A stretch of DNA of 64,000 bases from Pirellulales bacterium (lineage in GTDB: Bacteria; Planctomycetota; Planctomycetia; Pirellulales; JAICIG01). Both the position numbers and the translations under genes were made by a program. Below, in pieces: positions 19,670 to 28,206 of the stretch. The stretch is taken from assembly GCA_040901675.1 (NCBI GenBank), contig JBBDYJ010000013.1, positions 80,536 through 144,535 of the forward strand, given 5' to 3'. Within the stretch, counting starts at the first letter, position 1. Every line of letters begins with the position of its first letter. The notes under the pieces were generated by a model. It searched no databases. It had not been told where the DNA came from and saw only the letters and a list, made by a program, of their open reading frames with translations.

Positions 19670-20716
19670 TCAAATAATCAACATTGCGTCGCCGTAGCTA
19701 TAGAAGCGGTAGCGCTCGCGGATCGCTTCTTCGTAGGCCCGCATGACCAGCTCGTCGCCGCCGAATGCCCGCACCAGCACCAACAGCGACGTGCGCGGCA
19801 GGTGAAAGTTGGTCAACAGGGCGTCGACGGCCCGAAACTCAAACCCCGGGCGGATGAACAAGTCGGTCCGTCCCGACCAGGCCCGCAGTTGGCCTGTGGC
19901 GGCCGCCGTCTCCAGCACCCGAACCGTGGTCGTGCCCACGGCCACCACGCGCCCGCCTTGGGCCTTGCACTGCCGCAGCCGCTCGGCGGCCCCTTCATCG
20001 AGGTGCCCGCGCTCGCTGTGCATCTTGAGCTCGGCCAAGGACTCGACGCCGATGGGACGAAACGTGTCGAGCCCCACGTGCAGCGTCAGCCGCACGGGTG
20101 ACACACCCACCTCGACGAGTCGGGACAGCAGCTCCTCGGTGAAGTGAAGCCCCGCCGTGGGGGCCGCCACGGACCCCGGATGCCTGGCGTAGACCGTTTG
20201 ATAGCGCTGGCGGTCGTCTTCGACCATCTCGCCGCCCCGGATGTAATGCGGCAGCGGTACGCGGCCGACCCGATCGAGCAAATCGAATGTGCCTTCCTTC
20301 GACTCCGGAACCGCGATCCACAGGCCGCCGGGGCGCTTCTCGATCAGCCTGAGCTGCACGTCGTCGGCGCCCACCCGGTTGACCAGCGTCAGCCGCTCGC
20401 CCGGCGAGATCCTGCCCCGGGCCTTGCTCAAGAGCTGCCATTGGCCCGATTCGTCGGCCGAGATGAACAGCCCTTCCCAGCGGCCTCCGCTCAACGACCG
20501 GCGCCCGATCAGCCTGGCGGGCACGACCCGGGTGTCGTTGAGCACCAGGCAGTCGCCGGCCCTGAGGATTTCGGGCAGATCCCGGACGTGTTCGTGGCGG
20601 AGGCTGCCATGGGCCCGCTCGACGAGCAGCAGCCGCGCGTCGGCCCGGTGGGGCAAAGGCTGCTGGGCAATCAATTCCCGCGGCAGCGTGTAGTCATATC
20701 GCGACAGTTCTGACAT
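19670..20716 (-). CDS. queA: S-adenosylmethionine:tRNA ribosyltransferase-isomerase
   Basis: LIAQQP, NDTRVVPAR, YQTVYA, GSVAAPTAGLHF, TNFHLP, YSYGDAM. Confidence 0.97.
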   Translation of the reverse strand: MSELSRYDYTLPRELIAQQPLPHRADARLLLVERAHGSLRHEHVRDLPEILRAGDCLVLNDTRVVPARLIGRRSLSGGRWEGLFISADESGQWQLLSKARGRISPGERLTLVNRVGADDVQLRLIEKRPGGLWIAVPESKEGTFDLLDRVGRVPLPHYIRGGEMVEDDRQRYQTVYARHPGSVAAPTAGLHFTEELLSRLVEVGVSPVRLTLHVGLDTFRPIGVESLAELKMHSERGHLDEGAAERLRQCKAQGGRVVAVGTTTVRVLETAAATGQLRAWSGRTDLFIRPGFEFRAVDALLTNFHLPRTSLLVLVRAFGGDELVMRAYEEAIRERYRFYSYGDAMLII

Positions 20717-20817
20717 GCTGAATGGGGTAGCCCGGTTCCCGATTATCCAATACTGCGAGTATAAGGCGCGCCTGTCCGGCGTCGAGTCATCCACTGCCCA
20801 CTCCCGTTGAACACCCC

Positions 20818-21972
20818 GTGTCCGCCACCGCTGGTCCCGTGCGCCTCGCCTTCTGCATTACCGAGCTGGAAACGGGCGGTGCCGAGCAATGCCTCGTCGA
20901 GCTGGCCACCCGGCTGGATCGCGACCGCTTTGAGCCGGTGGTCTACTCGCTGGCCGGACCGCCGGCCGAGCCGCGGCATTTGCTGGCCGCGCGGCTCCGC
21001 GAGGCGGGAGTCGCGGTGAACTTCCTCGGCGCCCGGCGGCCCTCGGATATCGGCTGGCTCACCAGGCGACTGGGCAGGGCCCTGGCCGACCAGCACTGCG
21101 AACTGATCCAGACGTTTCTGTTCCACGCCAACCTGGTGGGCCGCCTTGCTGCACGGTGGGCCAAGGTGCCGCACGTGATCTCCGGTATTCGAGTCGCCGA
21201 GCGCCGCCGCGGTTGGCGGCTGTGGGCCGATCGCCTGACGTCGCGGCTGGTCGATGCGCACGTCTGCGTCAGCGAGTCGGTGGCCGAATTCTCTCGGGGC
21301 CAAGGGGGCCTGCCGGCCGAGCGGCTGGTGGTGATTCCCAACGGAGTCGACATCCAAAGGTTTGAAGCCGCCACGCCGCTTGATCTGACCACGCTGGGCC
21401 TGCCGGCCGGCCGGCGGGCGGTCACGTTCGTCGGCCGGCTTGATCCACAAAAGGGTCTCGACCAGTTGATCACCGGCAGCAGAAGCTGGTTAGGCCAGCT
21501 TCCCGGCCATGATTTACTGGTCGTCGGCACCGGGCCGCAGCGGGCCCAGCTCGAGCGGATTGCCAGCCGGTCGGGCCTGGACAATCGCATTCATTTTGCC
21601 GGCTGGAGCTCACAGGTGCCGGAAATCCTGGCCGCCAGCGACCTGTTGGTGTTGCCGTCGAACTGGGAAGGCTTGCCCAACGCGGTCTTGGAGGCGATGG
21701 CCACCCGGCTGGCGGTCGTGGCAACCGACGTGGAGGGGGTGCGGGAGCTGCTGGGGACGGCCGCCGACGAGCAGGTTGTGCCGGCCAGCCGGCCCGAAGT
21801 CCTGGCCAGCCGGATCGTCGAGATTCTCTTGAATCAGCCGCTTCGCGAGCGCTTGGGGCGCGAAAACCAGCTCCGCGCCCGCCGGCATTTCAGCCTCGAA
21901 ACGATGGTCAACGCCTATAGCGAACTCTACCAACGGCCGCGACAACGCGACCGGCGCGCTGGCGGTTCGTAA
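20818..21972 (+). CDS. Glycosyltransferase family 4 (GT-B)
   Basis: GGAEQ, VIPNGVD, FVGRLDPQKG, PSNWEGLPNAVLEAMA. Confidence 0.92.
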   Translation: MSATAGPVRLAFCITELETGGAEQCLVELATRLDRDRFEPVVYSLAGPPAEPRHLLAARLREAGVAVNFLGARRPSDIGWLTRRLGRALADQHCELIQTFLFHANLVGRLAARWAKVPHVISGIRVAERRRGWRLWADRLTSRLVDAHVCVSESVAEFSRGQGGLPAERLVVIPNGVDIQRFEAATPLDLTTLGLPAGRRAVTFVGRLDPQKGLDQLITGSRSWLGQLPGHDLLVVGTGPQRAQLERIASRSGLDNRIHFAGWSSQVPEILAASDLLVLPSNWEGLPNAVLEAMATRLAVVATDVEGVRELLGTAADEQVVPASRPEVLASRIVEILLNQPLRERLGRENQLRARRHFSLETMVNAYSELYQRPRQRDRRAGGS

Positions 21973-22077
21973 AATTTTTCCGCGACTTACGGCCGCTCGG
22001 TTTGCCCGAAGTGATGAGTGCGCCAAGCGCTCGCGTCACCCCGTCGGACGGAGACGAGGCTGCCCAAAAAAGAAAGC

Positions 22078-22148
22078 TTGACGCAAGGTTCGAACCGGGT
22101 ATCTTTGGTGCGTCTTGGGGAGAAATGGGGACAAATGGTGATCAGTAG
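22078..22148 (+). promoter_or_regulatory. mraZ promoter with MraZ-binding direct repeats
   Basis: TTGACG-16nt-TATCTT followed by TGGKG boxes at a 10-nt period (TTGGTG, TTGGGG, ATGGGG, ATGGTG). Confidence 0.75.
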
Positions 22149-22179
22149 CCCCGCGCCCGCGGCGTCCCGGTGAATTTTG

Positions 22180-22626
22180 ATGGTGCTGACCGGCACGTTC
22201 ACCCGCTCGGTCGACGACAAGCTGCGAATCGCCATCCCCAAGCGGCTCCGAGACGCACTAGCCGTCGGCCCGGACCAGGGGCTCTATGTCACGCCCGGCA
22301 CCGACGGATCGTTGGCAATCTATAATGAGGCGGCCCTGGCCAACCTGGCCGGCCGCATGGCTGCCGCCTCTCCGGCACAACAGGATGTGAGGGCCTTCAA
22401 CCGGTTGTTTTATGCCCGGGCCGAACGCCTGGAACTGGACGCGCAGGGCCGGATCCGGCTTCCCCCCGCGCTGGCTTCGTTCGCCGGCCTGACCAAGGAG
22501 GTTGTCTTGCTGGGTGTTCAGGACCATCTGGAGCTTTGGGACCGCGCTCGGTGGGAGGAGTACCTGGCTGGCAAATCGTCCCGATACGATGAGATCGCGG
22601 AACGTGCTTTCGAGAGTTCCGGGTAA
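22180..22626 (+). CDS. mraZ: Transcriptional regulator MraZ
   Basis: GTFTRSVDDKLRIAIP, ELDAQGRIRLP, GVQDHLELWD. Confidence 0.95.
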   Translation: MVLTGTFTRSVDDKLRIAIPKRLRDALAVGPDQGLYVTPGTDGSLAIYNEAALANLAGRMAAASPAQQDVRAFNRLFYARAERLELDAQGRIRLPPALASFAGLTKEVVLLGVQDHLELWDRARWEEYLAGKSSRYDEIAERAFESSG

Positions 22627-22688
22627 GCTGCACCTATCATCCAGGAGCCAATTAGCCTTTTTCGTCGTCCGTCCGATTGTTCGCCATG

Positions 22689-22766
22689 CGTCAGGACACC
22701 CTTGCCGGTTAGCGGCCACCAACCGGCTTGGGCATGCCCGCCCACTTCGCGGCCGGCGTCTTGACG
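22689..22766 (+). ncRNA. Candidate structured cis-element upstream of rsmH
   Basis: CGTCAGGAC/GTCTTGACG closing stem enclosing a GCCGGTT/AACCGGC hairpin, in a spacer of about 230 nt. Confidence 0.35.
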
Positions 22767-22858
22767 GGTACGGGGGGCAGGATGCCACCCGGCCGCGATT
22801 GCGGAGACCTTCGTCGTCCCTGGCGAGTCCACCGCAAGCACCCACCCCACACGGGCGC

Positions 22859-23782
22859 ATGGACGTGCCCGAGGTGGATGCTGTTTCGAAGCAAGTTGAA
22901 GGTCCCGTGCCGCAACATCGCAGTGTCCTGGCGGACGAAGTGGTCCACTGGCTCCGGCCGCAAGGCTCGATGGTGCTGGTCGACGGCACGCTGGGCGCCG
23001 GCGGGCACACCCGCGCCCTGGTCGAACGCCTCGGGCCGGGGGGGCAAGTGATCGCGCTGGATCGCGACCCGGCGGCCCTGAAGTCAGCCGAAAAAGAGCT
23101 GGCCGATCTGCCGGTGAAGCTGGTCTGGTCGAATTTTTCCGAGCTGCCCGAGGCCCTGGCCCAGCTCGAGATACCGTTGGTGGATGGAGTCGTGCTGGAT
23201 GTTGGTCTTTCCAGCGACCAGCTTGCCGATCGCGAGCGGGGGTTCAGTTTCGACCTGGACGGCCCGCTCGACATGCGGTTTGATCCCACGGAGGGGGAGC
23301 CCGCCTGGCAACTGCTCGAGCGGCTCGACGCCGAGGCCCTGGCCAACCTGATCTATCGCTATGGCGAAGAGCGCTACAGCCGCCGCATTGCCCGGCGGAT
23401 TGTCGACGAGCGCCGGCGGCAGCCGATTCGTACCTCGGCGGAGCTGGCCCGGCTGGTCCGCTTGGCGGTGCCCAAGCCGCGTGGCCGCCAGCGGATCGAT
23501 CCTGCCACCCGCACGTTTCAGGCCCTGCGTATCGCGGTGAACGACGAGCTAACCTCTCTCGAGCAGGCCCTTGCGCGGCTGCCCGACTGTCTGCGCCCCG
23601 GTGGCCGCCTGGCTATCATCAGCTTTCATTCTCTGGAAGACCGGCTAGTGAAGCAGGCCTTCCGCGACGATCCCCGTTACCACGTCCTCACCCGCAAGCC
23701 CATCCGTCCCAGCGAGCAGGAGATCGCCTCCAACGCCCGCTCCCGCAGCGCCAAGCTCCGCGTGGCCGAAAAGGCCGCCTAA
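22859..23782 (+). CDS. rsmH: 16S rRNA m4C1402 methyltransferase RsmH (MraW)
   Basis: HRSVL, DGTLGAGGH, GPLDMR, TRTFQALRIAVN, FHSLEDR, RSRSAKLR. Confidence 0.96.
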   Translation: MDVPEVDAVSKQVEGPVPQHRSVLADEVVHWLRPQGSMVLVDGTLGAGGHTRALVERLGPGGQVIALDRDPAALKSAEKELADLPVKLVWSNFSELPEALAQLEIPLVDGVVLDVGLSSDQLADRERGFSFDLDGPLDMRFDPTEGEPAWQLLERLDAEALANLIYRYGEERYSRRIARRIVDERRRQPIRTSAELARLVRLAVPKPRGRQRIDPATRTFQALRIAVNDELTSLEQALARLPDCLRPGGRLAIISFHSLEDRLVKQAFRDDPRYHVLTRKPIRPSEQEIASNARSRSAKLRVAEKAA

Positions 23783-23783
23783 A

Positions 23784-23871
23784 GTAGCAGGCACACTCCG
23801 TGTGCCGTGGCCGTAGCAACTCACACTCGTGTGCCGCCGCGCGTAGCAGGCGGCCCGCGGATGCTGCTACT
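23784..23871 (+). repeat. Cluster of GTAG-type REP-like palindromes
   Basis: gtagcaGGCACActccgTGTGCC, a degenerate second copy, and gtagcaggc...gctgctac. Confidence 0.7.
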
Positions 23872-23998
23872 TTCGTGGTTTATCCGCGGCGGAACTGAAC
23901 TGGTGCGATTTTCGCCGTTGGCTAGAATCAGCCCCCGCTGACCGCCTTACCGGGCGGCCTGGAATGATAGCACCGTCGGCCTCAAGGAGGAGGCAGCC

Positions 23999-25252
23999 AT
24001 GGCAAAGGAAGTCAAAATCGGTCTGGGCGTCATCGGCGCCCTGTTGCTCGTGTTCGGCGTGGTCCTGTTCATCCGGCTGCGCGAGCCGGGCAAAAGCGTG
24101 GCCGCCGATCGCCCTGATGATAAAAAACCGGCCGTCAGCAGGCCCAAGCTAGCAAGCGGCCCCAGCCAGCCGATCAAGGTAGCCGCCAGCCATCCGCTCG
24201 AGAGCCGATCCACCGCCGGTGATGACGGCCTCGGTCGTTCGCCGGATGCAGAGGCCGACGCCGACAGCGCCCCACCAGAGAACTACATGCCCGACCCCAA
24301 CGCCCTGGAGCAGGGCCGCTACGCCGATCGATACAGCGGCCAATTCCGCGACCGCTACGCAACCAGCCCAGACGAGACCGACGGGGATACCGGCGAGCCG
24401 GCCGACGTCGAACCCCCGAAGGAACCCGGCGACTACGACGACCCGAACGAGGAGTTCGACCCGTATAGCGGCGATGGACAAGCGGGCGCCAGTGATGACG
24501 ACTTGTTGGAACCCAGTTCGATCGACGCCCCGGAAGAAATAGATGCGGACTTGACGGGCGCCGACGCGGCTGAGCTCGATCCGGGCGCCGGACAGCACCA
24601 ACGCGGGTCGGCGGGCCGCCAGGACCAAGAGTCGGAGGAGCCCGCGGAAGACCCGCCGCTCGATACTCAGGACCGTTCGCGCACGGGCCTGGCCGGCGAA
24701 TCGCGGACCGCGGGTCCAAAAGCTCTGGCCCGCTCGCCGCGGCTGGCACCCGAGGACGGCAGCTCGCGGACCGGCAGCTACACGGTCGAGCCGAACGACA
24801 GCTTTTGGTCGATCTCGGAAAAAGTCTACGGGTCCGGCAGCTATTTCAAGGCGCTCGAAGCGCACAACCGCGAGCAATTTCCCGACGGCGAGCAGTTCGC
24901 CGCAGGCGACACCGTATCGGTGCCCGAAGTGGCGGTGCTGGAGCAAACGTATCCCAAACTCATGCCGAAGCGGCGGGGCGCGGCCGGCAAGTCGCGGATC
25001 GTGCCGGCCGGCACGGCCCTGCGCGGCGGCGGCCGCGTGCGAGTCTATGCGGTTCAGGAAGGCGACACGCTATTCGACATCGCCCGCTTCGAGCTGGGCC
25101 GGGCCGCCCGCTGGGCCGAGATCTATGAGCTCAACCGCGACCAACTCGGCGAAGATCTCAATTACCTTGCCCCCGGCATGGAGTTGGTCTTGCCTGACGA
25201 CCAGAAATCCGACCCAGTGGCCTCGGACCCGAAGAAGACTTATCGGCGCTAG
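23999..25252 (+). CDS. Membrane-anchored protein with two LysM domains
   Basis: N-terminal TM, acidic linker, YTVEPNDSFWSISEKVYG and YAVQEGDTLFDIARFELG LysM repeats. Confidence 0.88.
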   Translation: MAKEVKIGLGVIGALLLVFGVVLFIRLREPGKSVAADRPDDKKPAVSRPKLASGPSQPIKVAASHPLESRSTAGDDGLGRSPDAEADADSAPPENYMPDPNALEQGRYADRYSGQFRDRYATSPDETDGDTGEPADVEPPKEPGDYDDPNEEFDPYSGDGQAGASDDDLLEPSSIDAPEEIDADLTGADAAELDPGAGQHQRGSAGRQDQESEEPAEDPPLDTQDRSRTGLAGESRTAGPKALARSPRLAPEDGSSRTGSYTVEPNDSFWSISEKVYGSGSYFKALEAHNREQFPDGEQFAAGDTVSVPEVAVLEQTYPKLMPKRRGAAGKSRIVPAGTALRGGGRVRVYAVQEGDTLFDIARFELGRAARWAEIYELNRDQLGEDLNYLAPGMELVLPDDQKSDPVASDPKKTYRR

Positions 25253-25385
25253 CCCTGAGTCAGGCCCCGATGAGTAGGATGGGCTTCCTTGCTGCTTCCT
25301 TGTCCGTCTTAAGACGGCCTAGGAAGGGCGTCCGGCGCCGTGCGGGGATATGCGTGGCCGGCCGGTCTTTGTAGGCTGTGCGGTC

Positions 25386-25898
25386 ATGGCTCGGCCAGCT
25401 CGACGGCCCGAACTGCGCAAACTGATCTCGGGAGGTCAAACCGGGCCGGACCGGGCCGCCTTGGACGTGGCCATGGAGCTGGGACTGGAGCACGGCGGCT
25501 GGTGCCCCTTGGGGCGGCGTGCCGAGGATGGACGGATCGCCGAGCGTTACCTGCTCACCCAGACAGAGTCGAGCAGCTATTCGGCCCGCACCGAGCGTAA
25601 CGTGCTCGGCTCCGACGCCACCTTGATCCTCTGCCGTGGCGGCGAAACGCCGGCGCTCGACGCCTTCGGCAGCCTGATTGTCCGAGGCGGGACCGCGCTC
25701 ACGCGGCGGCTGGCCGAGCGTTATGGCAAGCCTTGCCTGGTGGTCAACCTCGATCAGCCGGCCTCGGCTCTCCGCCAGGTCCGCGAGTGGCTATTACACT
25801 ACCAGCCGCGAGTGCTGAACGTGGCCGGACCCCGCGAAAGCCAATCGCCCGGGATTCAGGAGTCGGCACACCGGTTTCTCAAGCGTGCGTTGGGGTAG
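25386..25898 (+). CDS. Putative molybdenum-carrier-like SLOG (circularly permuted YpsA) protein
   Basis: ISGGQTGPDRAALD, GGWCPLGRRAEDG, RTERNV, LNVAGPRES. Confidence 0.88.
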   Translation: MARPARRPELRKLISGGQTGPDRAALDVAMELGLEHGGWCPLGRRAEDGRIAERYLLTQTESSSYSARTERNVLGSDATLILCRGGETPALDAFGSLIVRGGTALTRRLAERYGKPCLVVNLDQPASALRQVREWLLHYQPRVLNVAGPRESQSPGIQESAHRFLKRALG

Positions 25899-26026
25899 TC
25901 CCTGGGGCACGCTGACGCTTTGCCCCAGCCACCCGACGACGAACGCGTGGATGTGGATTGCTACAAGGAACGCCTGAATTCCGGCGAATCCAGCTACGGG
26001 ACCCCATGAATGGGGTCACTACAAAC

Positions 26027-27088
26027 CTAGCGGAAGTCGTAGGAGGGGTTGCGGATGTCGAAGTCGGCGTCGGTGAAGCCGTTGTTGAATTTCAGGTCCA
26101 GATACGTGTACTCCTCGACAAGCAGCGGGGGGCCGCCCGGCTCCTGGGGCCACTCGTAGGCCTCGTAGCGGATCGGCAAGTTGTGTTCCGTGTCGGCGTA
26201 GATGCGGGCCAGGTGGAAGATGAACTCGCGCCGCGGCACCGGGTGCGTCACCTGGATGCAGGTGCAATCGCGGCCGTTGATCTTGGTGCCGGGCAAGAAC
26301 TGGACGTCGCACTCGCCGAACTGCGTATCGTGCTGGCCTACTTGAATCAGTCGTTGGAGCAACCGCCTCAGCCCAAGGTCGGTGATCGGATAGCGGTTGC
26401 CCGACATGGCCAGCGCGCTGTTCGGGTCGAGCGACAGCGTGCCGAACAGCTTCTTGGCACCGGTGCCGTGGGCTTGCATCTTGCCCCCGTTGCGACCGGC
26501 CACGTAGATCACTTCCTGACCTTTGATCCTGGCTGGTTTGAGGAAGTACATATACACGCTGAACGGCTCATGGCGGACTTTGACGAACATGAACTCCTGT
26601 TCGCCCAACTCTCCATTGATCCGCTCGCGCTTGACCATCGTACACGAGTAATCGTCGACCTTCAGCACCTGGTCCATGCTCGCTTGTGCCCAACGGACCG
26701 CGGGCAGCAAAGGATGCTCGCCGGGGACCAACTCGTCGAACTGCCCCATTGGCTGCCCCATGGGGCCGGCAGCTTGTGTGGCTGGCGTGGTGGCTGTGGC
26801 GACCGCGGTCTCGCCGGCCAAGGGCGCCGGATAGAAGGCCGGGACGACCCCCCGGCCATTTGGCTGGCCAGGTTCGCGCCGCGGACCTGCCAGGGGCCGG
26901 CTGCGCTGCGGCAGCCCCTGTGCCTGCGATCGTGGCAGGGGCCGGCGGTAGTCGGGGTAGGCGGGCCGGGGCGGCAACGTTCTGGCGGTTTCGGGAGGAG
27001 CCTGGCCCGATGCGACGGAGCCCACACCCAAGGCCGCGACCAGCATCCACAACCACCTGGCCCGTGGATTTGCGATTCGAGAAGCCAT
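26027..27088 (-). CDS. DUF1571 domain protein, secreted
   Basis: DYSCTMVKRERING, PFSVYMYF, GQEVIY, RYPIT, EEYTY, DFDIRNPSY; AAGGAG RBS. Confidence 0.85.
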   Translation of the reverse strand: MASRIANPRARWLWMLVAALGVGSVASGQAPPETARTLPPRPAYPDYRRPLPRSQAQGLPQRSRPLAGPRREPGQPNGRGVVPAFYPAPLAGETAVATATTPATQAAGPMGQPMGQFDELVPGEHPLLPAVRWAQASMDQVLKVDDYSCTMVKRERINGELGEQEFMFVKVRHEPFSVYMYFLKPARIKGQEVIYVAGRNGGKMQAHGTGAKKLFGTLSLDPNSALAMSGNRYPITDLGLRRLLQRLIQVGQHDTQFGECDVQFLPGTKINGRDCTCIQVTHPVPRREFIFHLARIYADTEHNLPIRYEAYEWPQEPGGPPLLVEEYTYLDLKFNNGFTDADFDIRNPSYDFR

Positions 27089-27552
27089 CGACACTCCTTT
27101 TTGAATGGCCCGCGCTCGATGCCCGTCGCGCCGGGGGTCGGCGGCTCCGTGTGGGCAAGTTGCGTGCCAGACGCTGGCAACCTCGCGCTCCAGTGGGAGC
27201 GGCGCGGTCGCAATCCTCCTGTTAGTAGCGAGTTACGAGGCGGCGCCGCGCGGCCATCTTCCGCCTTTCAAACGGACAGTATTGTGTATCTATCGCCAAT
27301 CGTCAGGGCGAAATTTACAATACTAAGGGCTGGTCCGGTGGGGGCCTCGGGGTGATGTCTGCCGGCTGCGCGTCTTATGACGGGCTTGGCGCCGGCCAAT
27401 CTTATTCCAACCTCGAGAGCGTGAGGAGAGCAGAAACGGCGGGAAGCAAGGCACCGACGCGCGGCACCGATTCATCGGACCGCGGCCGCCGTCCCGCCAG
27501 GCAGTGGCACCCTTTGGACTTTGCATCCTCTGGACTTGGGTCTCTCGACGCC

Positions 27553-28191
27553 ATGAAGCTCGCCTGCATTGTTTCGGCTCCATTCGCGGAGAACTCGTAT
27601 GTCGCCCATCTTGATCGCAAGAGCGATTGCCTTGTCGTCGACCCTGGCCTGGAGCCGGGCCGGATTCTCGAGTATCTGGACGATAACGGGCTGACTCCGG
27701 CCGCAATCTTGAACACGCATGGGCATGCCGACCATATTGCCGGCAATGCGGCGATGAAACAGCGCTGGCCCCACTGCCCGCTGGTCATCGGCCGGCTCGA
27801 AGCGCCCAAGCTCTCCGATCCGGTGTCGAACCTGTCGGCCATGTTCGACCTGCCGCTGATCAGCCCACCGGCCGACGTGCTTGTGGACGACGGCCAGTGG
27901 TACCGGGCCGCCGGCTTCGAGCTCGAAGTGCGTCTGATCCCCGGGCATTCGTCGGGCCACGTCGTCTTCGTATGGCTGGCGCATCAGCCGCCGCACGTGT
28001 TCGGCGGCGACGTACTGTTTGCCGGCGGCGTCGGCCGCACCGATTTTCCCGATGGCAGCTTCCAGCAGTTGGCAGCCGGGATCCGCGGCAAGCTGTTTAC
28101 GCTGCCCGACGAGACGGTAGTCCTGCCCGGCCACGGCCCGGCGACCACGATAGGCATCGAGAAACGGACCAATCCGTTCCTGGGGCAATAG
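27553..28191 (+). CDS. MBL-fold metallo-hydrolase (glyoxalase II-like)
   Basis: THGHADH, PGHSSGH, GDVLF, GRTDFP, PGHGP. Confidence 0.92.
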   Translation: MKLACIVSAPFAENSYVAHLDRKSDCLVVDPGLEPGRILEYLDDNGLTPAAILNTHGHADHIAGNAAMKQRWPHCPLVIGRLEAPKLSDPVSNLSAMFDLPLISPPADVLVDDGQWYRAAGFELEVRLIPGHSSGHVVFVWLAHQPPHVFGGDVLFAGGVGRTDFPDGSFQQLAAGIRGKLFTLPDETVVLPGHGPATTIGIEKRTNPFLGQ

Positions 28192-28206
28192 CCGCGAATC
28201 GGCAAA

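Noticed and set aside
16870..19677. 935-aa + strand ORF and other long antisense ORFs (14214-16205, 28231-30363, 10408-11982)
   Set aside because: Shadow ORFs opposite well-supported genes, expected at this GC content; no recognisable motifs
25386..25898. SLOG-based anti-phage defence system
   Set aside because: A lone SLOG gene in a housekeeping context with no effector or partner genes
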